A stretch of 64,000 nucleotides of DNA from contig NC_045696.1 of the NCBI RefSeq assembly GCF_009834535.1, positions 91,514,001 to 91,578,000 of the forward strand, written 5' to 3'. This document shows, in pieces, positions 53,120-64,000 of the stretch (its first letter is position 1; the number at the start of each line of letters is the position of its first letter). Source of the DNA: Camelus ferus. Lineage: Eukaryota. The notes under the pieces are model-generated. The model saw nothing but the letters and a program-made list of their open reading frames with translations. It searched no databases and was not told the DNA's origin. The position numbers and the translations under genes are program-made.

Positions 53120-54800
53120 ACTATACAAGGCATTCTTCTAGAGTCTAGGGATCCAAGAGTGAAAATAAAAAGAAAAGTCCTTGGAAGCTTACCTTTTAGA
53201 GAGGGGAAGAGGGGGAAGAAGATAATAAATTTCAGTGAATAGTATGTACTTGAAAAAACTAGTTACAGGGATAAAAAGTGGAGCTGAATGATAGTAATTT
53301 TACATAGGGTAGTGTGTTAATCAGTGTGCCAGCAGGCAAAGAACTTCACTTTCAAATGATTCAAATGAAGAGGCGGATGAAGGAGCTGTTTACAGAGGCA
53401 TGGAGCGAGATGCGGGGCAAAAGAGGGAAGGTAATATTATTCCAAGGGCCGAAGCAGCAAAGAAAGGAAGGAACAGGGTCACAGACAATCCCAGTGCCAG
53501 CAGGGCCATGGAGGAGGGGCCTCTGGAGTTGTGAGGACAGAGCTACTGCTAGAGATGCAAGCCTGAAGCAGAGAGGGAGTGGGGAAGAAATACCCTGGGC
53601 TTCCTCTGGTCCCGTTCTCTGCTATCCTGCTGGTCCACTCATTGGCAGAACTCAAAAGGAAGCCAGAGAGCACGGGAGGTGGTGAGAAGTAGTCAGAGTT
53701 CAGATAAGTTGAAGGTACAGCCAGTAGGTTTTGTTGATTGGATATGGGGAGTGAAGGAAAGTAAAGTACCAGGGATGACACCTGAGTTTTTAGCCTGAGC
53801 TGCTGATTGAATAGAGTTACCATTATTGAGATGGTGATAATGAGGGAAGAAGCAGGTTATGGAAGGTACGAGTCTGGTTTTGGGGAGTGTCTGGTTTGAG
53901 ATGCTTATTAGAGATACAAGTGGAGACGATTAGTAGGCAGATAGGTGTATGAATTTGGAGCTTAGAGGAGATATAAATTTGGGGTTAATCCACAGATGGC
54001 CAATGGGGCTGGTTAAGATCACTTATAAAGGGCATGATAAGTAAGTAAAGAAAGTCAAGGATACTGTCCCTAGGGTCCTCCAACATTTACAGATTCAGAT
54101 CAGATGAAGCCAGCAGAGGAGATGGGGAAGCATCCAGTAAAGTAGAAAGAAACTGGGAGAGGACGGTAAACCAGACCTCAAGTGAAGAGAGTATTTCATG
54201 AACATAGGAGTCATCAGCAGTATTAAATGCTGTTGACCAGGGGATTTGGTGGCAAAGAAGTCCCTAGTGACCCTGATGAGAATAGTTGTGCTGAAGCAGG
54301 GGGAATGAAAGCCTGACTGCAGTGAGTCAGAGACAGAATGGAGGTGAGGAAGAGAGCAAATCCAGGCAATTGATTTAAAGAAGTTTTGCAATAAAGAACA
54401 GCTATAATGGAGGAGAACTTGGATGAAGGGAAGGTTGTTTAAGATGAGAGACATCACATATTGGTATGCTGATGGGAAAGATCTCTTGAGGAGGTGGAAA
54501 TTAACAGTGCATGACTGCAGAAGCAAAGTTCTCGAGGAGGCAGGACAGGATGGGCTTCAGGGATGTGGTGCCCAGTGGAGAAATTGTCCCTTCTATCGGG
54601 TAAGTCTCCCATAGAGGCTGTTGGAATGATGTAGCAGGAGGGAAGATGGTGTAGACATAGAGGCAGGCAGAGCTGACATGGGAAGATAGAGCAGACCTCT
54701 CCTGATTGCTTCTACATGCTCAGTAAATTAAGAAGAAAAGTCATCAGCTGTGAGTGATGCTAGGGGAGAAAGTGTTGAAGGGCTAAGGAGAAGAAAATTG
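53120..54800 (-). mobile_element. LINE-2, interrupted by an LTR33-like element
   Basis: gaaggtacagccagtaggttttgttgattggatatgggg...gatgacacctgagtttttagcctgagc...tttgagatgcttattagagatacaagtggagacg...gtccctagtgaccctgatgag. Confidence 0.8.
53313..53680 (-). mobile_element. LTR33-like ERVL LTR fragment
   Basis: tgtgttaatcagtgtgccagcaggcaaag...gaaggagctgtttacagaggcatgg...ctcattggcagaactcaaaaggaagccagag. Confidence 0.5.
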
Positions 54801-55109
54801 AGTTGTCCCAGGATTTGGGGTTCCCCTTTATAATGGCTGCATGGTAGTTTACCTTTTGTGAATAAAATGATTTCAAGTTTTTAATTTGGGAGTCCAGTTA
54901 TGGGGTATTTATCCATCACAAAAAGTAAGCTGAAATGTTTAAGTAATACTAAACATAACTTAGTCTAGGATTCAGTTATATTTTTGTATTTGGAGACTTC
55001 GGGGCAATTTATTTTGAAAGAACATTAGAAATATGTACAGATGATGAGGCCAATTGTAATGTCATTTATCTGTAGGATTTATACTAAGAAGTAAATTTAG
55101 AAAGTCAGC

Positions 55110-55575
55110 TGTGTGGTAGTTGATCAGTCAGTGACCTACAAATGTGTACATATCCCCGTATGGATCTGCAAAGCTGACTGGGTGCACACAGTTGAAGGGG
55201 GCAGGGGGTGCCCTTGAACTTAGTGCTCTCAGCTGGGCTCAGGTCTGCTCCTCCGGTCTTCTTTCTAAGGCCCAGGCTTAAGTGGCTACAGCTACCTATG
55301 GCATGTTTTTCTCATGGTGATGACAGAGTACAAGAGGTGGGTGCAGAAACAGGCAATATCTCTTCAGATCTTGGTTCAGAACTGGCACACTGTCACCTCT
55401 GCCCACATTCCATTGGCCAAAATTAAGTCACACGGCCAAGCCCAACACCAACAGGGTGTGAAAATATATCCACCCACCGTGGGAAGTACCTCAAATTTCC
55501 TTAGCAAAGATCATGAATGTATCATTTTATTATAGGAAAGAGGGAAGAACTGGGAACAATAATCCTGATTTCTGC
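55110..55575 (-). mobile_element. MLT1H/I/J-like MaLR LTR
   Basis: cttggttcagaactggcacactgtcacctctgcccacattccattggccaaaattaagtcacacggccaagccc. Confidence 0.7.
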
Positions 55576-58249
55576 TGGTGGAATAAGACTTCTGGGGTTT
55601 CATATGTACAAGAATTTGATATTATACACCATACAGTCTATTTGAAATCTCAGAAACTGTCTGGAATTCTGGGTTCTGAATGATTAGTCAGTGGTCTAAA
55701 CCTTTCCTAATCTCCTAAAGTGGGTATTGAATAGTTATCAAATGGGTCCCAATGATTTCATATTTATAAATTGAACACAAGCTAACCCTCAGAAAAACAG
55801 TCCTTCCTTCTGTCCTAGTTTTATGCTTGGAAAAGTTCCCTCTTTAAGGGCCTTAAGCTCTATAATGGCAAGCATTTTTTAATTTAGATGAAGTTTCAGA
55901 ATGGGGTCTGTCCGGAAATGGTTGAGGGGAGGGGTTACTCAGAAAGGATGTTGCAAATGACTGACTTAAAATACTGGGCATGAAGCAGTGGCTCCCAGAG
56001 TCCACTAAGTCGTTATCAGATACAGTTTTATCACCGGGTTCTTAAAGATTTAAACAAAAAGAAATGAAAAAGGAAGACAGAAGAAAAGGTTTTCTTTGAA
56101 GTCTCAGAGTTGTTTGCTTCTGCAAAGAGAAGCGTTGTTCTTGCCTCTTAGCAAAGTACTTTTCCTATTGATCCAACACTTCATTGCTTTTCTGTCTTCT
56201 CAGAACTCAAATGGGGACCTCAGTCAGTGGTCAGGAAACTTTTTTTCTTGACTGTTTCCAGAGACTTGGATCCTTTCATCTTTGTTCACAACTTCCTTCA
56301 GTTTGTTTCTTTTGATTCTGTTATTTGATGCTCTCCAAGGGTTGTTGAATCATTGAAGCTGTATACCATCTCTGTTTAATGTTCTTAAACACACACATAC
56401 ATTCATTTAAAGAAAAATTAAATGTGGTTTGATGAATCACTAAACATATTGTTGGGTATTTTGGCCATCTTTCCTTTTCAGTGAGAGCTGTTAGCTTCCT
56501 AGATTCTGTGTGTCCTGCAGAGGCACTTAACTTACTTGCCATAACCCCTTCAAACCCTCTCAGTTTGTTACCAAGTGCAAAACATCTCCCTTCTTTTCTG
56601 GTCTGTATTTATGAGACAACAGTTTCAGAATCATGGCTTGCATTAAGGCCCTGCAGTTCTTCCCTGTTATGGTTAGTACGAATCCTGAGCCAGAATCATG
56701 GAACAATGCAGTGTCAAGCCAGTCGGACAGAAAAGCTGCATTTTATGCTCTATTATTGTTTAAGAAAATTGCTTGGCTTCTTGAGTTTTGAAAGAAAAAA
56801 AAAAGTATAGGACATGTAGCCATGTTTGTGTCTTTTGACTTTAGGTTATTTACCTTAATTTGACCTTGTTACTACATTTTACATAAGACAATAAACAACT
56901 GACTGTATAGACACATTTTAAAATCCAGCTTATTAACTAGATATTAAAGTTCTCAGACAAGTCACTAGGTTGTCCAACTTTGTTAATTAATTTGAGATAT
57001 TTGCCATATTAAGAATTTGCATTAATAAAATTGTTATTTTACTACCCTGAGCCACCCCAGCTCCCAAATATTAGGAAGATATTTCATTTAATGAGCATTT
57101 ATTAAGTGTCTTTTTAGCTAAGTGAAAAAGATTGTTCTTTCTCTATTATCTCTCTCAGGAAATAATTTCTTGAAGGTAGATAGATTATATTATATTCAAT
57201 TAATTTCCAGTGTAATATCCTAAGACAGTTTTATTAACTCAGTGGTTATTCAATTAATAATAATTAAATGCATTTTTTAAGACTCAATCACTGATCACTT
57301 GTAGTAATTATCTCAATAGAATAGCAAAATGGAGTCAGAAATAAGTATTTGACTTCATCTGGATTACATTAATAGGGTTTACAATGCATTTCAATGGATA
57401 AAGACAAGAATAAATGCCTTTGGGTGAAACTGCATAAAGTGATTAAAGAGAGCAATGCTGACCCTTGCTTTAAACTATAATAGCTTTACCATCTAGTCTC
57501 TTCATCAATAATTGTTAATTCCTACTATTTTACAGTTCCCATTATTTCCCAATCCTTCTGGGCATATTAAAAAAGGAAAGATTATATATTAAAAGAGACT
57601 TCCCTCCTGGCCCCAAATAAGAATATAAATAAGGAATCTGAATCTAATTATCCAGCATTACATTAGTCCCCGGAAGAAAATAACTGTAAAGTTTTAAAAA
57701 ATGTTTAATCTTTTCATCTTTTTAGATCTAGAGAAAGCCTCATTTCTCGTAGGTATCGGAAACAAATATGTAGTGTACATTGTTTCTGTTCTTTTACGTT
57801 TTAGAATTTCAAGTAGACCTTACTCGTCTCTTCCTTTTCCTCCCTCCCCTTGTCTCTTGCTTTCCCTTCCCAAAAAAGTAGTCCCAAACCCATGAAGTGT
57901 GGCAGAGTAAGGCAGGTATCTACCCTGGAAGAGAAAGCCACAGTGGCCCAGAGCAGGGCATCAGAGCTCAAATCCAGCAAGAGAGTGACTACCCAGGATG
58001 GCTGTCCCATGTAGGGGTTGGAGCTGGAGCTAGGTAAGGAGGCTGTCCACAAAAGGGCCCCTGGGCTGTCAGAGCCCAGACAGGGCGAGGAAGTCATCCA
58101 GGCATGGGGCCGCCCAGCATAGGGTGGCTCATCTGGAGTGAGATGAGTGTCCATCTGGGCAAGAAGGTGGCAGCAGAGATAGGTTACATACTAGGAGATC
58201 GAAGGAGTAAGTAAATAAATAAAAAATCAGATTCCTCAGGGTCAGAGAA

Positions 58250-59510
58250 GAAAGGTACAGATATGGGAAGGAAGAAAATGAGGATAAACCCCATGGAGTT
58301 GGATTGGAATTGGAGGTATCAGTGTGAACTCATGATTATATATATATGTATATATATGTATGTATGTATAGAGACATAGAAAAGCATAGAAATGTAAATG
58401 TTATCTTTTGCATGTAAATAAAACCAAATGTATATAAAGACACATGTACATCTATATGCTTTAGGTATAGATATAGATAATCTAGCTCTGTCCACTGAGA
58501 GGGCCTGGGAACAGCCCAGCTCTAATAACAATGAACACACCTAGCACCCAGGTCTTAGGTTATCAATATGATTCTCCAATAGCAACAACCTAGATTTATT
58601 GGAGAAATGGATGATTCCAGAGCTGGGTCAGGGAGAGTATAAGATGAGCCTGTAACATCTCACTATATCAGAAAGCAAGGAAGTGATCCAGGAATGATGG
58701 GAAAATGTCAAAAGGATAGAGAAGCCAGCTTGAGGGGGCTACCACTGGCCAAATCAGGGATAATTTGAGCATCAAAATAAAAAAAAAAATTACAACCTAT
58801 TGAATAAAACAGGAAACCATGACTCCAAACAAATTTGAATAGTGAATGAATTGAAAGTTTGGTGAGAAATAGTTTCAAATTACCAAAGGGAGTAAGAGTA
58901 ACTTTCAACGGAAAAGCCTGGCAGATGCCACTTTAACTAGGTGATCAAAGTGAAATTCATTAGCAATGGGACAAGTCTAAATTGTGCACCACCTGATAGG
59001 TGTAGCAAAGAGAACATTGTGATAGTCCTACTAAAGATGCATAAAATCACCTGAGTATAATCATGAAGAAATGTCAGATGACCCCAAACTAATAGATACT
59101 GTACAAAACAACTAGCATGGGATCCTTAACAGTATCGAGGTTGTGAAAGTCAAAGACCGACTTCTTCAAGACTGAAGGAGACTAACTTAACCATTAAACA
59201 CCACTTAATGATTCTGAACCAGATCCTTTTGCTATAAAGTACGTAATTAGGATGATTGGCAAAACTTATATGGGGGCTGAGGATTAGAAGTTAGCAATGA
59301 TTCAGTGTTCATTTCCTGATTTTGATGGTTATTCTGTGGTAATGTAGGAGAATGTACTTATAGGGAAATGAACACTGAAAGGATTTAGGGATGATAAAAC
59401 TTCAGGTCAGCAAATTACTCTCCAGTTGTTCAGGAAAACAAAGTTTTCTGTCCTGCACTGTACTTGGAACTTTTCTAAACATTTACTTCTGTTCCAAATT
59501 TTAAAATATT
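58250..59510 (+). mobile_element. L1MC/L1MD-type 3' UTR
   Basis: ggaattggaggtatcagtgtgaactcatg...tagctctgtccactgagagggcctggga...cactggccaaatcagggataatttgagcatcaaaat...ttcctgattttgatggttattctgtggtaatgtaggagaatg. Confidence 0.75.
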
Positions 59511-61836
59511 GTATTTATAAAATATAATTTAAAATTTATTTGAAAAATGAAATAAATCTCATTAATCAATTTGGATTGTTCCCACTTTTTATTTTTGTAC
59601 TCTCAGTATTACACAAAATGCATCTGGAGCTCCTCAAAGGTAAAGAAAGACTGCATCATTATTGTATCCCAAAGTACCCAGAACATGACAGTGTTGCTGG
59701 ACCAAGAATGAACACATCTCTGTCGACTTCCTTATTTATAGTTCCAATTGTTACTTCCTATCAACTTTAATGATGCTTCAGGGAAAATACATTAAAATGG
59801 CAATGCCTCTGAGGAATAATTTCTCACTTTTATTGCCTCAACACACATCTCACTTAACCCCATCCCATCCCCCAAATAAAATAAAATTAGAGAGAGGCAT
59901 ATCCTAAACAAAGTATTTGTTATGTTTATAACTTAGTCATTTTTTTTGTTGATGATGTTGTTGTTTAGATTTTACCTATTTTTTCCTACCTATATTCCCC
60001 TAAACACAAATTTCACATAACCTGCTTTTTTTTTTTTTCACATACATTATACATAATGGCCCTTAAACTAATGATTGTTGGCCACATTCTGAATTTTTTC
60101 TTGGCTTCCAGACAAACTATTTGAGCCGTGATGTGGGGAGCAGCCTAAGGCCAGGCAGTCACTCACTTAGTCCAACACAGCCATCTTTGTCAGAGGGTGG
60201 TGCTGTGGAAAGAATTTGATTGTTTTATTATATTTTGCCATTAGCATTTTATAAAACATAGTGGAAAATGAGAAAAATGGAATGGTTGATATTAGCAAAA
60301 AATATAGGTTTCATAAATACTGCTGAGACAAAGATGGAAATCAGTAGACACGCCAAAAACTATAGATTGCATCCCTGTTCAGATGTTCATTGGACTTATC
60401 CCAGGCGACAGTGTTCTATTATAGGAGAAAAAAAGAATAAAATTGCAGCACATATGTGATATGTTAGAAATACATTTTGGAAGATTATGTTTAAATTGGT
60501 ATGATTAGACTTACCTGAAAATATGTTTGATATTCAACTTTTATTTATGCATTCAAGAAGGCTTTATATATCAGAGTAACAGGCTGCCTGTAGGTTTCAT
60601 GAGGGAAAGAAAGCACACTCCTCTCCTAAAATTCAGATAACTTTTCCAGGGTTGTAGGTTTCAGCAGCCAAGACCTGGGAATGTGGGAATGGAAGGACAG
60701 TTGAGAGCAATCATGTAGGTGAGGGGGCCAAGACCATCACCTCCACCTTCAGCAGTGATGCTGGAATTATAGATCCCCCTACCCGCCCATAAATCTCATA
60801 TATGAGTGTCCAGAAGAAAGGATCACTTTTTTTTGTTTGTTTTTGGCTGTGGCCTTGGCTAAAGCCAAGATTGTCATAGACTTTATACAAGTTTTTCACT
60901 GGGATTCAAAATTCAAACTCTAAGGGTTATGTCCTTCTGTTCTTTTCCAATTTTAACATAAAATGTCTAGAATACAGGTCAATTAAAGATAGAGAAGGGA
61001 GAGGAGAAAGAAGAAAATATAAAGGGAAACAAGAAATGGAAAGTGGAAATGGGGCAGAGAAAAGAGTGAAATGCTGATAAGAAGGACAACAAAGCAAAGC
61101 AAAGTAGCTCAGAGGAGTTCAGATTTGACTTCATGACATCTAGTCCTGGATGCCAACATGCAGTCTTCCTTCTAATGTTAAAGGGTTGAGAGCATGTGGT
61201 CAGCACCCCAGTCAGTGGGTTCCTGTCCAACTTCCAAGCCACCATGTTAGTTAGCAAGAGCAAAAACACTTGCATTTGTACAGTGCATTGCACTTTACGA
61301 AGCACCATCACTTTGGTAACAGTCTTGCTCTGTGGAAACCAAGACCTAAAAGGGTTTAATTTTTTAATTTTTTCAGAAGAGAGTAGGTGCAGTTGTGAAT
61401 GTCAGACTAAGTCTCGGCCTTATACTCAAAGCTCTGTTTTTGTGTTTTTTTTCCCATTCCACATTATATGTTGTTCAAAGTAAATAGAATATCAATAGTT
61501 TTACTTATAAGTGGAGAAACTATGGTGTTAGTTCTATGGCTGTGGTTTGGTAACCATCATATAATTAGAAAACTGAGCCAATGAATACACTACATACATG
61601 AAGACATACACTATATAACATCTCAAACTTATTTCTAGATGGTCAGATTTTAGACTATTTGCTGTTTTGTATTTTCTAAATCTACAATGAACATGTATCA
61701 CTTTTACAAAAAAATTTTAAGAATCTAAAGCAAACACAGGAAATTAAAAAAAAAAAAATCTCTTAACCTCTGGCCCCTTTCCTCTATATACATACTAGAA
61801 GGTATTAGAGGAATATTCAAATAAACAGCATCAAAT

Positions 61837-62284
61837 TGTAACTGAGTAGGACCCTACAGGGCCTTCCCAGGTTGGACCCCTCCCCCATATCCTCTGCTGT
61901 AGCTCCTCTCTGAAGTGCTCAGATATAGTACCTCACGCATATTTCCTGAGTTTTTCATATGCTAAAAAATCACCACCAAATGGTAGAAATTAACTACTTG
62001 ATGGTCATGAGCACATAGACCCCAGGCCCTCTGCCCAAGGATTGATCACCATCAACCAATTAGAATTGTGCGCAGGTGACCACATACCCGGGAACGCCCC
62101 TCGCTCTGCTGGCCTTTACAGATGCTCAGCTGAAACCCTTCAGGGAGTTTAGGGGCTTTTGTGGCATGACTGTAGGTTCTCCTTGCTCGGCCCAGCAATA
62201 AACCTTTCTCTGCTCCAAACTCTGATGTTTTGTTATTGTTGGGCCTCACTATGTGCGGGGCACACAAACTTGTGTTCAATAGCA
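61837..62284 (+). mobile_element. Solo LTR of the same ERV1 family as the 45435-51007 provirus
   Basis: TGTAACTGAGTAGGACCC...ttcaataGCA, colinear with both proviral LTRs. Exact TSD AAAT at 61833-61836 and 62285-62288. AATAAA at 62197-62202. Confidence 0.93.
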
Positions 62285-63602
62285 AAATGATAGTAAGCAA
62301 TAATAATAATAATTGTAACTACTCAGTGAAATTAAAAAGTATATTTACTTCTGGGAACAAAAATATATATGCAATTATTTTGCTTCTACATTGACTGTAA
62401 ATCAGCTGCCAAACCAACGTCACCTATCTTCATCTAGAAAAATGGTAGCATTTTGCCATCCTCCCTCCTCAAAGATTCCTGAGCCATGGTAAACTATAAG
62501 CAGCTCCACAAATGAAAAACAACTACTTCTGGAGGAGTGTCAGCCAGCCTTAGGGCACCCAGCATTGGGGAGCAACCAAATCAGACTCATCACTGTACTT
62601 TCTCGGGGGTTGTTGCTGAGGACTTTATTATTTTACTATCCCCTCTGAGAAGTTCCTCTTGTTCTTAATATCAGGAATGGTTTTGGGCCTGCGTCTCTCT
62701 CTATATCAGCTGCTGAGCAAATATAACCCAACATGTAGCAAAGAGCCCGTGGAGCCCAACATGAGCAGAGACCCAGCCTCCCAGCACCCCCTGTAGGTAC
62801 TAAGGTCACTCCGAGTTTCATCTGCATCTTTCCTACCCTGTAAGGGCCTGCTGCCCTCATCCACTTGCTTTCTATTTTATTTATCTCTTTATATCATGTA
62901 TGTTTTGGTAAATAATCTTAAATCCTTTGGGGAGTAAGAAAAATTATAAATGTATGTCTGTATACATACGTGCATACACATTCTAACTGAACTGTGAAGC
63001 ATTGACCTGTGGCTCCGTCAGTTATGTTTTTCACACCTATCTACAAACCACAGGTAATACTCCATAAGTAATTTAAAATATGCTACCCTAAATTCCTGTT
63101 ATTTCTCATCTTTGCAGCCCATAGCCCTTAACATGCCTTGAGCAATTAGTGGCAAAGCCATTTCTATCCAGAGTAACTGCTTCAGGATCTGAATTGCACC
63201 ACATGATCCCTTTGGCCTTGCTGTACTGATTCACACCTTTTAGAGTGTTAGCAGAATTTGCTAGATTGCCCTCAAGAGGAAATAGAACTATTTCTTCCCT
63301 CAGGGTACTCTCTGACTGTAAAAACATCCATGACTTGTTTTTAAAGTTGGAGATGAAGGAAGAGGCAAGAGTAGGAGGGAAACAGGGAGAGAGAATAGTT
63401 TTGACACAGTTCTAACTATCTGATCATACAGAGCCATGTGTAACTATTTCCAGTTTTTGAAAAAAAAAATCAGATGCACATTAGGTAATGGTAAAAATTA
63501 TTACAGTGCATTTACCATATTTATTGAGTCAATAAATGTTGGCAAGGGGACTGATGGCAAGAAGACCACATTTTCTCAAAATATTCCAAATAGAAACAAA
63601 AA

Positions 63603-63634
<32 letters not shown>

Positions 63635-63686
63635 ATATGTAAGAGAGAGAGAGAGAGGGAGAGAAACAGAGAGAGAGAGAGAAAGG
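63603..63686. repeat. Compound microsatellite (GT)9(GC)5...(GA)n
   Basis: Directly visible. Confidence 0.95.
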
Positions 63687-64000
63687 TGGGGCCAGCCAGG
63701 GGAAACCAGGACCTCAAGAGAGGCAGAATATGCTGTAATACGAAGCCCTCATTTTTATTATAAACAAAATAAGGAAAATCCCCAGCTTAATACTCATGAA
63801 AAAATTTTCCAAGACAAGTATCATTTTGATTTCTTAAGCTCTGATGATTACTCCTGTGTGGGGCTAGCATTCAGTGAATTTATTTCTAATTAGTCACCAT
63901 TTGCAACAAGTATGTTTTGAAAACGCTTCAGCTTACAGGAAGTATATAATTGTGATCTCAAACCACCTGCCTGAGATGTGACTTAGGAAGGATTCCAAGG

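Overview
Mammalian genomic DNA, most likely a camelid (camel/alpaca/llama), judged from a vic-1-like tRNA-derived SINE at ~49.2 kb and the style of the L1 3' ends. The only host protein-coding sequence I can support is the last two coding exons of VEPH1 on the + strand (11427-11563 and 15402-15638). They encode the C-terminal PH domain and are joined by a canonical GT-AG intron. The first 11.4 kb is intronic and everything past ~17 kb is intergenic. The non-coding DNA is dense in transposon fossils: L2, MIR, old and young L1, MaLR/ERVL LTRs, Tigger1, Charlie1, MER5A and MER91A. The most structured object is a ~5.6 kb two-LTR ERV1-class provirus (45435-51007) with an exact 4-bp target-site duplication (TSD), a polypurine tract and a decayed env, but no recognisable gag/pol. 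A solo LTR of the same family lies at 61837-62284. I found no evidence of a new multi-gene biological system. The findings are element architecture, insertion footprints and regulatory hypotheses. Repeat family names come from my recollection of consensus sequences, not from a database search.
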